A stretch of DNA of 64,000 bases from the IMG/VR virus record IMGVR_UViG_3300044448_008243, positions 1-64,000 of that record; one strand, 5' to 3'. The DNA is from a virus. Its lineage: Duplodnaviria; Caudoviricetes. The notes below the pieces were generated by a model. The model did not search any database and had not been told where the DNA came from. It worked only from the letters and a program-made list of their open reading frames with translations. Below are positions 55,289-64,000 of the stretch, piece after piece (position 1 is the stretch's first letter; every line of letters starts with the position of its first letter). Made by a program: the position numbers and the translations under genes.

Positions 55289-58200
55289 ATGGCAAACGAT
55301 TATTTTTTTAAAGTTAAATTAAGTAAAGATCCGGTAAAAGTTTCTTCAACAGCTACGATTCATCTTCCCTTTATTGATGATGGCTCAGAAGCCAGCACAG
55401 TCCCGTACTTGCATGGGTGGGGTGTCCCCGTTGATGGAAAGATCAATAAACGCATTTCAGATGATATGGGGACAAATTATTACAATAATCTTTCTGCATA
55501 TTTAGCTCACAAAACAGATTGGCAAAACATTCTGGCTAATGAGGAAATCGCCGATACAGATATGACAGGATTTCCTGATGGGTATCCAACAGATCAGTTA
55601 ATTTTTGATTTAAATGATTTTTTAACAAGAGAATTAACCGCAGAAGCAATCTTTCAAGATCGCCACCTTTCACCAGCTTCACTAATGTCAATTTACAAAC
55701 ATTGGACTCCCACAAAATTTGGCGATTTTGTTCTTGAAACCTTAGTAGGAAAGTCTCTTAAGCAGGCACTTTTATACAACTATTTTGGTTTTCCTGTTAG
55801 AAATTTGAGCGATTACTATGGCGTGAAGTATCCCGGTCCAAAAAGCACTCTTCAACAAAATTGGGTACAAAAGACGTACTACAAGTCCGGTGACTCGGGC
55901 GCACCACTCTTGCCCGACACCTCCAATAAAGACGGATCAAACTTCTATTCCATGGGAAATATTCCCAGCTTTGGAACATCGGATTCCACAAGTATACCAT
56001 TAGCTTCTTTTGACTGGGGCTCTTCAACAACAAACTTAAATTCTTTTGGAACTGGCACGGGTTATATGCAAAACCCGAACATGTCAATTGTAGCTCAATT
56101 GGCTGGGTCTTCAATGCAAGACTTTGTAGATATGGGATATCAGGGGTTTACGCCCCTAAATCATCTTTATCAATCTAGGACACCAAAGATTGTAATGCCG
56201 CCAGACTTTGGAACAGCGGTATATAAACATGCCTTTGTTCTTGCTAGTGACGGTAATTTTATCGATGGACTTGGTATAACCTTCGGCACCGGCACTGCGT
56301 TAGAAAGACCTGACGTTACTTCCAATATTTTATATTATGGAGGTGCCACCGGGGAGTATTATTATGACCCTATGGCTCCTCAAGAAGCCCAAGACTCCAT
56401 GACACATGGCGGTGAGTTTCCACCAATGTTCAGTCTGTATGATAGCCCTTGGAATCATTTGACACCAACACATGCAAAAGTATTCATGCCGTCGCTCCCA
56501 GCTGCCATGAGCGGTCAACTGCACAAGGTAATGAACGGAGCAAACGGTCTTTTGCATTCAAAATTCTTTTACAGATTTTATAAATTTCTAAATTCTGTGG
56601 GATTCGACCCAGTTGAAGATCTTACAAGCTCAGACAACTTCGACGAAGCTATAGCCGAAAAACTTCCTCTTTTGATTCCATCGGGAGATGACCCAGAATT
56701 AAGCTTTAAATTTACAAATCTTGCTAGTGCTATGAAGCTTGTTCCGTATGGCACAAAAGAAGAAAATTTGCAGTATTATCTTGAGAACCCCAATCAAACA
56801 TTGAACGAAATGAGAAGAAGAATTTTTGATTTTGTTTTATATGTTGTGCCTGATAATGTAAGACATGCGTGTCCAAGACCAGCCACATTGGAACCGGACT
56901 CTAAAGCTTTGGTCACCTCTGTGAAGCCAGAAGCCATTGAAAATCCAGCCCTTGCAACGACTGTACAATTAAAAAGAATGGTTTCAGGAAGTTTCTTTGA
57001 GCTTTCCTGTGTGCCACCCCTCGTTGGTTCCGCAACAGAAAATAAAACAAACTATTTGGGCGAAAGGTCTCAAATGGAAGATGTGCTTGAATCCGCGCAT
57101 AGAGATACTTTAATTAATATACAAGCTAATGTTATTGCCAATAAAGGGATTGATTCTATATTCACATATAATAGAGCGAACCAGAGATTTAAAGAAGCAC
57201 CGGGAGAGGCGGGAAATTACATGGTTGATGTTGCCTTCAACCCACAATCGGATCTCGGAGTTAAAAAGCCTAATGATATGGACCCTAGCGCTATATTATA
57301 TAAATATGGCGTGACTTTCGGTCCCTATCTGCTAAATCCAGCTGGAATAAGTGTGGATACATCCATACCAAAATTTACCGACGAGCAGATAGATTATTCA
57401 TTTAAGTTTGGGTTACCCGCGAATTATTTTATTGGTCACAGAAATCAATTCGGAGAACCACCACTTTACGCAGATGATGTATTAGTGCATCATCCACAGT
57501 TGGCTGGTGAGTTGGTGCACAATAATCAACAGTTTGCTGTAATGCCTGTTAGTCCTCAGACTCTTTATTCCATGATTGATTCACTGCCAAATGTGGTCAG
57601 AAGAATTTTATCAACAAATACAAACCCTCAGTTCAAAGACTTTAAATATTTTTCTACAAACGAAAATATTAATTTTGAAGATCCCATTGAAAGAACAAGG
57701 TTTATCACAAATTTATGGATGATATATCATTTTGCAGCCATACCCATTAATTTATATGAGCAAGGACATAATTTTCTGTTAGACAGTTCGAATATATTTA
57801 GTTCAAATTACTGGAGTGACACAGTAGGTTTAGCAGCCACACCTGCCCCTGCGGAGGGCTTACAGTTTAAAGTAGATTTTGCTAAAGAAAGGGGTATTTT
57901 TATAGATTACCCACCCTTGTTACTACATGCCCTAGCCAGTGATCCAACAAGAAACATAGTGAAAAACTATATGCCATCTGTCGCAGTGAAACAGGGCAGG
58001 TATACTGAAGGTACGGGAAACCTTGCGGGGTATGCTATGGATGTTCTACAGCTTCTTACCGGGGCTTATCCAAAGGATGACGGCACCATTATGTCATCCG
58101 ACTCTCTCCTCGGATCAGGAGCAACCACCATCCGTGACTTGCTCGGAGGAAACCCCGGCAACGAGACTCGCTATATTGTAACACAAAAATCAAAACTTCT

Positions 58201-61200
58201 TTTTCCTGTTTGGGATTATCAACGCGGTGCATCAAATTCTTTCGGAAAGTTTGAACAATTTTCAGCCGGTCCTTATGATTTGAACGCTATTAATTGGCCT
58301 CTAACAATAAACTCTTCTCCTTCCTCTGGCATGAGCTTAACAAGAATGAAGCAGTTTCTAGAAGACGCAGAACCGTTGGTGCCAGATTTTGACTTTGAAG
58401 CACTAACAGAAGACAACCCAAAGCTGCTAGATAAGCCAAGAGAATGCGTACCAAATTGGTGCACCAAATTACAAGTTTACCCAACAATACACAAAAGTTC
58501 TGCAAAATTTGGATTTATAAAGGAAGAATTAGATTTTATAGGAACTAAAATATTTAAAACTGGAGAAGACAACGACGACAAAGAGGATTTGGTTGATGGT
58601 TTTAATTCTGGCGCAGGAGTCTCAACAGATGGCATACAATATTTGACTGCTGATGACCCCGCAGATTTAGCCAAAACAATAGATTTTAACTCTGCATTAT
58701 TAACAAATTATAAAAATGAAAATTTGCCGTTAAAAGACAAGGCAAAGCCACACATCGCTGTGAGATTCCAATATAATACAGATGTTGCCAAGGGAATCCT
58801 GTATGAAACGGCACCATTTGGCACCGTTAACTTTGACTTTAAAACTGCTGCTTATAGAAAAGGCGAAGAGACCTCTCCAAACTACAGAAATGAAGCTATT
58901 GGATACGCAGAATTAACATACGCTACTGATTTAGAAATAGATGAAAGAAAATTATTTTTGGACATGTTGCGTCACGGTGTGTTTTCCTTGGCGGGAACAG
59001 GAGATGAGTACAAGGAAGCAGGTTTTGAATTGGATGAGTTATTTGAAAATGGCTCTCCTGATTCTTTTTTGTCTGCTGATTTAAAAGAAAAATACAGAAT
59101 ATACATTGAGTCTATAGCAGGTATTTTGGGGGCAGTAGATTTTAGTAATCTTCCAAGTTTTCTTCAAGGAACAGATGTAACGCAAGAGCTTGCAAACGCG
59201 CTAGTAGAAAAAGAGCAAGAGTTTTATGATAAGTATATTAGTCTAACAAATGAGGCTGGTAAGTGTGGGGCAACTAGCATAGTATTGGTTGACCGGGGCA
59301 AAGCGCCAACAACAAAGGAAGCGTTATCGGTAATGAGGGTTGCTCCGGGTCTCAACGCAGATGTTGTATCGGAAACAAGAACCTATCCTCTAAAAAACCT
59401 TACGGTTGTTAAAGTTTTACAAGAATGGGTTAATGGGAATGGACCAGAAGGTGGAGATTTTAATTACATAGAAGTTGTAGATCCTGACTCTCCTTTGAAT
59501 GGAATTCAAGGATATGTGTTAGCTATTGATTTAGCACCTATAAAAGCGTTTTTGCCTCAATTTAATTACAAAGACGACCTATTCTTTACGTCATATCCTC
59601 CACCTGAAAGTCCAGAGTTAGAATATAACACTAACTTCGCATTGAAAGAAAATGGAGGCTTAAGATTATCTCCCCTAGAGGGAAGATATGCGGTAAGGGC
59701 ATACGAAGAAGGGCAAAGATTAACGACTCCTATATGGTGGAAAACAGATCAACCTTATTATAATTCTGAAGAGGGTAACTTTTGGTACTCCGTCGAACTT
59801 GAAGGTGAGACATGTATTATTGATAGATCTGATTTGGAGACCAAAAAAATTGAAGCTATGAAAAAGGGAATTGCTGAAGTTTTAGATTTCTTTGGTAAAG
59901 GCTATACAACTGACCAAGTTGAAATGCTCATGAACTGCTGTTTGGGCGCTGAAATAGCAAATTATTATATTGATTTGCGCCCCGGAGAGAGTATAAAATT
60001 TTTACTTAAGCTTGGGGCGATTTATGTAAATTCTTTTCCAAATTCTTATGAAACCCTCGATGAGTTAAAACAAAAAAGCACAAAAATATTAACTTTAGAT
60101 ACAAGATATTACGTCAATCATTTAGCTCAAGCAAATTTTGGTCTGAACAAAATGTATTTAGATATATTGAATTCAGTATACCGTGTCGAGGGTGTTAATT
60201 TTGCACTTGAAGCAGGTAGAATGGATAAAATTCCTATTTTACTAAAACAATTAATATCACTAAATGATTTTTCACTTAACGTAGAAGAGCAAAACTTAAT
60301 AAATATTGGTTTTGATAACGATTACAATGTGATATTTATTTCTTACAATGAGGGTGCAAAGGAAGAGGGGGAAGCTTTACTTTCAATAGGTTTTGATTAC
60401 ATAAAAAACAAAGAACCTTTTAATGTTCAAAACACAATGTCTCTGTTCTATCACCACAGGCAGCTTAAAAATCCTTTGCTTGATTGGAAATATGCTATAG
60501 AAGAATTTTTTGTAGAACCAAAACCTTTAATTGTTTTAAAAGATCAGACAACTTTGCCTGATCTACCCTCTTCTAAGTGCAAGCCCCCAAGATTTCAGCT
60601 TCCAACGTGGCAAGAACTTCTGGGTCCAATAGCTGCACAACTAGATGACGCACTTCAATTAGATCCGAGATATGATTTAGGCTCATTTCAGTTTAATCTA
60701 ACGGAATTTTTGCCACCATGTCCAAAACCTCCATCTGGTAGGGGACCAGTATACTTTAAGGGAGAAATTGAAACAGTAACTGAAAGAGCTTTCTTTGAAG
60801 ATATTGAATCCTTAAAAAGAATGGCAGACATTCGCGCTGGATACGATGAATATGTCGGAGATTTTATGGGGTCAGCGGAAGACTTACAAGACATGGCTTC
60901 GAAGGTGTTTGACTTAGATGACTTGTATGATGTATTTCTGAGAAGAGTCGGAGGTTTCCCAGAGATTTATAATAAAATTTGCCGGTGTTTTATTGATTTA
61001 GCAGGCTTAGAAGATCTTGCTGTTCCAAATCTATCTGTAGATTTACAGGGTGGTTCTGGGGGACTAAATATTAAGCCCCTATCTTATATACCTTCTCTAG
61101 ACCCAGATGCTCCATCTGATGTTTCAATAACAGGAGGGAAAAAAGCTGGATGGGATGATGGAGAGGAGTATGAGCTTGACGGAGGGTCTTTTGGGTCATT

Positions 61201-64000
61201 TCAAGCTTTTAAAGATTCAATTAATACTGATCCAACAATAATTGATGCTAAAGATTTAATATGTTCATTTTGCTTAGAAGTACCAGATTTTTTCATCAGG
61301 CTACCAACTACAAACATACTAGATGTTTTAATTGATGCACTCCTGAAAGCCTTAGAGTTTATCTTAGCTCAACTTTTATTAGGTCTATTAGCCACATTAT
61401 TAGACTTATTATTACAATGCCCAGAAATAACATGTCCAGAGGGTGCCCAACGTGTAAAAGATTATGGAGCACAAGACTTGAATGATATAATGTCAGGAGA
61501 TACAACACCCGCCCAAATGATGGAGTTGTGTGGACTGGTTGTTGATGATCAATCTGTTACAGCTGGAGATGTACAAGATTTCTTAATAGATCTTTCGGAA
61601 GTTCTTAGTTCAAGCGAGGTACTACAACTTTTTGATGGCTCAATGTCAGACAGGTTAATAAAAGTTGTTGATTCAAAAATTTCAAATTATCCGGGCTTAA
61701 AACAGCAGCTCCCAAATACAGCAAAAATAAGAGACTTTTTTAGGTGTTTAGGATTTAAATTACCACCGGGCGCATTAGCTACAATTGAAGATGTCATAAT
61801 TGAAAAATATCAAGACCCTGATGTATGTCAATCAATTTACGATGATGCAGTGGCAAAGCTTGGTGAAAAATGCGGCATAGTAGAAGATAAAGACAAGATA
61901 ATTAAAGACGCAACAGAGGCAGAGCTTGACAGATATAAGGCGTTAGCTAATTTGATCAGAGAATTGCCTGATTTAACTTCTCAAATACCTCCTATTTTTG
62001 CTGACAATAAAGGAAACAAAGGGCTCTTATCTGGGTTGTCAAACCCTACTATTGATTACGCAGTAGAAAAAACGATAGAAAACGTCTTTAAGCCTGTATC
62101 TAGATCTTTAAACGAGGAGAGCAAAGCGTTTTTTAATCCAAGATCTAATGTAATGATTAAGATAGACCCGGACAAAAAAGCTGTTATCGATAATGATTTG
62201 AGATCTTCTGCATTTTATATTCCTATAATGTCAACTATAGCCCTCGGACCAATAGGAGGAGTTGCTGCACTCATCTCGGCAGGCGTACTTACAGGAACAG
62301 CATTGTTTTTTGATAAAGATGTGGGGCTGGGAGTTGGGAACTTTTTCCCAATGAATGACAACTTCGCCCCCGCCCTACCAAAAGGCTCTTCAGTAAACAT
62401 TCCCTCTGTCGTGGGCATTCTAGAATCATTTGCTAGCGGAATCGTTGATGAAAAAAATTATTTAAAATTAGATGTAGAGAACAATTTTATATCAATAAAG
62501 GTGGGAGCATACAATGAAATTAGTAGCGTTTTAGTTGATGGTGGGTACATCGATGGTAACATAGATTTTAATTACCAGCTAACTGCGCCTGACAAAATCA
62601 ATGGCGTTCCTGTATATACAAATAACCAAACAATTACAGCGAACGTGCCCTCAATTTCTTCTGGTTACAATGCATCGTCTAGCGAGATTGTTTTATTCCC
62701 AAACGACAAGGACTCAAAAACAATTGACCAAGGATTGCTTGATCTTTTGAACCAATATGAATTAGATGATAGTACAATACCTCCACAAATACAATACTTT
62801 ATGAAACTCCTTGCAGATAAAGTTTTTGCAGGCTTAAACACAAATAACGAGCAATTGAAAAATGCTAAAAACAAAATAGAGAATGTTTCTAGGCAAATTT
62901 ATTCTGCTACGTTACAATCACTTGTTTCTGGTGTAGCTAATAGAATGGCTGGTGCAGAATACAGCAAAAAATTCTCTAGGAATCTTTTTGATGAGATAGA
63001 AGAGACAAGCATGGGGCTCGTTCCATTTCTTATAGATATCATAGACAAAACGCTTGCAATAGGCGGAGGCGAACTCGTAGCTGAAACATCGCACTGGGAA
63101 TTAGAAAGATTTAATTTAACACCATCTGCTACAAATGACAAAAAATTCTCAGCTGGATTAATAGATTTAAATAGGGTAGCAAAAATTGCACAAGACAAGT
63201 ACGATTTTTCTCAATACACTGATCCAAACTCATCAGAACTTGGAATGCCGCATTATGCGTTGCTTGAAGCAACCATTTCCGCTATTTTCCAAATGGTTTG
63301 CGGAGAGATGCTGTCAAGGGGCTTAATTTCGTTTAGCCAGTTCCCCTCGTATGTATTTACATCTCCTGACGATGCTTTTGTTGAGTTTGTTTACGAGGAG
63401 TTAAAAAGCTTTTTAACTGGAGTTGCAACAGAGCAATCTTGGGAGTCTGGTCTTGATGTAGCATTTCAGTTAAAGTTTCAAAATGTTATTAAATTTATTG
63501 TATCTTCTAGGGCAGATTATGTTACTAATGAAGAAATCGACCCATATAACCCTCCTTCTTTAAATAATTTCTATCCCGGCAAGATATTTGACACAAGAGA
63601 CGGTCGTGAATATATCATTGACAATGCTAAGGATGCAATAAAATACTATATTAGACAAGAATTGCCTTCATCAATAGAGTTCTTAACAAGCAGAGTGGCT
63701 AGTTTTGCATTAACTGATAATTCAAAAGCAACTCAGGCAAACCCTCTGGAACTTATATCTTATAGCACTCCTCTTTATGTTCATGATGAAGTCTTTTCTA
63801 CTGATATAGATGCAAAAGGGACTAGTGGTGCGAAAACCATAGAAGAAGAAAGCCCTTTTGATTTGCCATCATCTTTGTTTGACAATGAAAGATATGAATA
63901 CTTTTTAAATGGAAGATTCTTTTTTCAACAATACTTTGAAATAGAAGAGCTTAGTTCAACTGAGGATAATTACAGAGAAGACCTTGTTAACAGGGATAGC
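55289..64000 (+). CDS. Very large (>=2904 aa, 3' truncated) probable virion protein; contains an SH3b-like segment
   Basis: ATG 55289; frame open at hand-checked points (55289, 57002, 59282, 60002, 61262, 63962); no ORF closes in this frame in the supplied track, so it runs off the window. Confidence 0.8.
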   Translation, partial: MANDYFFKVKLSKDPVKVSSTATIHLPFIDDGSEASTVPYLHGWGVPVDGKINKRISDDMGTNYYNNLSAYLAHKTDWQNILANEEIADTDMTGFPDGYPTDQLIFDLNDFLTRELTAEAIFQDRHLSPASLMSIYKHWTPTKFGDFVLETLVGKSLKQALLYNYFGFPVRNLSDYYGVKYPGPKSTLQQNWVQKTYYKSGDSGAPLLPDTSNKDGSNFYSMGNIPSFGTSDSTSIPLASFDWGSSTTNLNSFGTGTGYMQNPNMSIVAQLAGSSMQDFVDMGYQGFTPLNHLYQSRTPKIVMPPDFGTAVYKHAFVLASDGNFIDGLGITFGTGTALERPDVTSNILYYGGATGEYYYDPMAPQEAQDSMTHGGEFPPMFSLYDSPWNHLTPTHAKVFMPSLPAAMSGQLHKVMNGANGLLHSKFFYRFYKFLNSVGFDPVEDLTSSDNFDEAIAEKLPLLIPSGDDPELSFKFTNLASAMKLVPYGTKEENLQYYLENPNQTLNEMRRRIFDFVLYVVPDNVRHACPRPATLEPDSKALVTSVKPEAIENPALATTVQLKRMVSGSFFELSCVPPLVGSATENKTNYLGERSQMEDVLESAHRDTLINIQANVIANKGIDSIFTYNRANQRFKEAPGEAGNYMVDVAFNPQSDLGVKKPNDMDPSAILYKYGVTFGPYLLNPAGISVDTSIPKFTDEQIDYSFKFGLPANYFIGHRNQFGEPPLYADDVLVHHPQLAGELVHNNQQFAVMPVSPQTLYSMIDSLPNVVRRILSTNTNPQFKDFKYFSTNENINFEDPIERTRFITNLWMIYHFAAIPINLYEQGHNFLLDSSNIFSSNYWSDTVGLAATPAPAEGLQFKVDFAKERGIFIDYPPLLLHALASDPTRNIVKNYMPSVAVKQGRYTEGTGNLAGYAMDVLQLLTGAYPKDDGTIMSSDSLLGSGATTIRDLLGGNPGNETRYIVTQKSKLLFPVWDYQRGASNSFGKFEQFSAGPYDLNAINWPLTINSSPSSGMSLTRMKQFLEDAEPLVPDFDFEALTEDNPKLLDKPRECVPNWCTKLQVYPTIHKSSAKFGFIKEELDFIGTKIFKTGEDNDDKEDLVDGFNSGAGVSTDGIQYLTADDPADLAKTIDFNSALLTNYKNENLPLKDKAKPHIAVRFQYNTDVAKGILYETAPFGTVNFDFKTAAYRKGEETSPNYRNEAIGYAELTYATDLEIDERKLFLDMLRHGVFSLAGTGDEYKEAGFELDELFENGSPDSFLSADLKEKYRIYIESIAGILGAVDFSNLPSFLQGTDVTQELANALVEKEQEFYDKYISLTNEAGKCGATSIVLVDRGKAPTTKEALSVMRVAPGLNADVVSETRTYPLKNLTVVKVLQEWVNGNGPEGGDFNYIEVVDPDSPLNGIQGYVLAIDLAPIKAFLPQFNYKDDLFFTSYPPPESPELEYNTNFALKENGGLRLSPLEGRYAVRAYEEGQRLTTPIWWKTDQPYYNSEEGNFWYSVELEGETCIIDRSDLETKKIEAMKKGIAEVLDFFGKGYTTDQVEMLMNCCLGAEIANYYIDLRPGESIKFLLKLGAIYVNSFPNSYETLDELKQKSTKILTLDTRYYVNHLAQANFGLNKMYLDILNSVYRVEGVNFALEAGRMDKIPILLKQLISLNDFSLNVEEQNLINIGFDNDYNVIFISYNEGAKEEGEALLSIGFDYIKNKEPFNVQNTMSLFYHHRQLKNPLLDWKYAIEEFFVEPKPLIVLKDQTTLPDLPSSKCKPPRFQLPTWQELLGPIAAQLDDALQLDPRYDLGSFQFNLTEFLPPCPKPPSGRGPVYFKGEIETVTERAFFEDIESLKRMADIRAGYDEYVGDFMGSAEDLQDMASKVFDLDDLYDVFLRRVGGFPEIYNKICRCFIDLAGLEDLAVPNLSVDLQGGSGGLNIKPLSYIPSLDPDAPSDVSITGGKKAGWDDGEEYELDGGSFGSFQAFKDSINTDPTIIDAKDLICSFCLEVPDFFIRLPTTNILDVLIDALLKALEFILAQLLLGLLATLLDLLLQCPEITCPEGAQRVKDYGAQDLNDIMSGDTTPAQMMELCGLVVDDQSVTAGDVQDFLIDLSEVLSSSEVLQLFDGSMSDRLIKVVDSKISNYPGLKQQLPNTAKIRDFFRCLGFKLPPGALATIEDVIIEKYQDPDVCQSIYDDAVAKLGEKCGIVEDKDKIIKDATEAELDRYKALANLIRELPDLTSQIPPIFADNKGNKGLLSGLSNPTIDYAVEKTIENVFKPVSRSLNEESKAFFNPRSNVMIKIDPDKKAVIDNDLRSSAFYIPIMSTIALGPIGGVAALISAGVLTGTALFFDKDVGLGVGNFFPMNDNFAPALPKGSSVNIPSVVGILESFASGIVDEKNYLKLDVENNFISIKVGAYNEISSVLVDGGYIDGNIDFNYQLTAPDKINGVPVYTNNQTITANVPSISSGYNASSSEIVLFPNDKDSKTIDQGLLDLLNQYELDDSTIPPQIQYFMKLLADKVFAGLNTNNEQLKNAKNKIENVSRQIYSATLQSLVSGVANRMAGAEYSKKFSRNLFDEIEETSMGLVPFLIDIIDKTLAIGGGELVAETSHWELERFNLTPSATNDKKFSAGLIDLNRVAKIAQDKYDFSQYTDPNSSELGMPHYALLEATISAIFQMVCGEMLSRGLISFSQFPSYVFTSPDDAFVEFVYEELKSFLTGVATEQSWESGLDVAFQLKFQNVIKFIVSSRADYVTNEEIDPYNPPSLNNFYPGKIFDTRDGREYIIDNAKDAIKYYIRQELPSSIEFLTSRVASFALTDNSKATQANPLELISYSTPLYVHDEVFSTDIDAKGTSGAKTIEEESPFDLPSSLFDNERYEYFLNGRFFFQQYFEIEELSSTEDNYREDLVNRDS

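Noticed and set aside
55797-63198. Short ORFs listed in 55.8-63.2 kb
   Set aside because: Shadow frames of the giant plus-strand ORF; the same applies to most short antisense ORFs elsewhere

Overview
This window looks like part of a large, AT-rich, tailed dsDNA bacteriophage genome (myovirus-like) using standard code 11. It has no ribosomal or core housekeeping operons. Layout: (1) 1-15.1 kb, small probable head/internal proteins, many starting with a shared MKITKxRLxEIIxEE peptide, plus a Pol-beta nucleotidyltransferase, a myxobacterial-type Cys/Asp-repeat vWA lipoprotein, purA, a beta-helix protein and a ligase-like/HxGH fusion. (2) 15.1-27.4 kb, accessory region with 4 tRNAs, a tmRNA (tag ANTDTYSEYALAA) preceded by an unexplained ~165-nt structured RNA candidate with its own sigma70 promoter, a tubulin/FtsZ-family GTPase, c-type cytochrome, ClpP-like protease, TonB, SLT, trypsin-like lipoprotein and PIN-PhoH. 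(3) 28.2-50.5 kb, a ~22 kb, 27-gene glycan/nucleotide-sugar cluster. (4) 51.2-64 kb, a gp55-like sigma factor, baseplate/spike-like genes and a >=2904-codon ORF running off the window that is missing from the ORF track. An ACTA(T/G/C)TTA box recurs 4-8 nt before many start codons, suggesting a phage late promoter producing leaderless mRNAs. All product calls come from motif recognition by eye; no database search was run.
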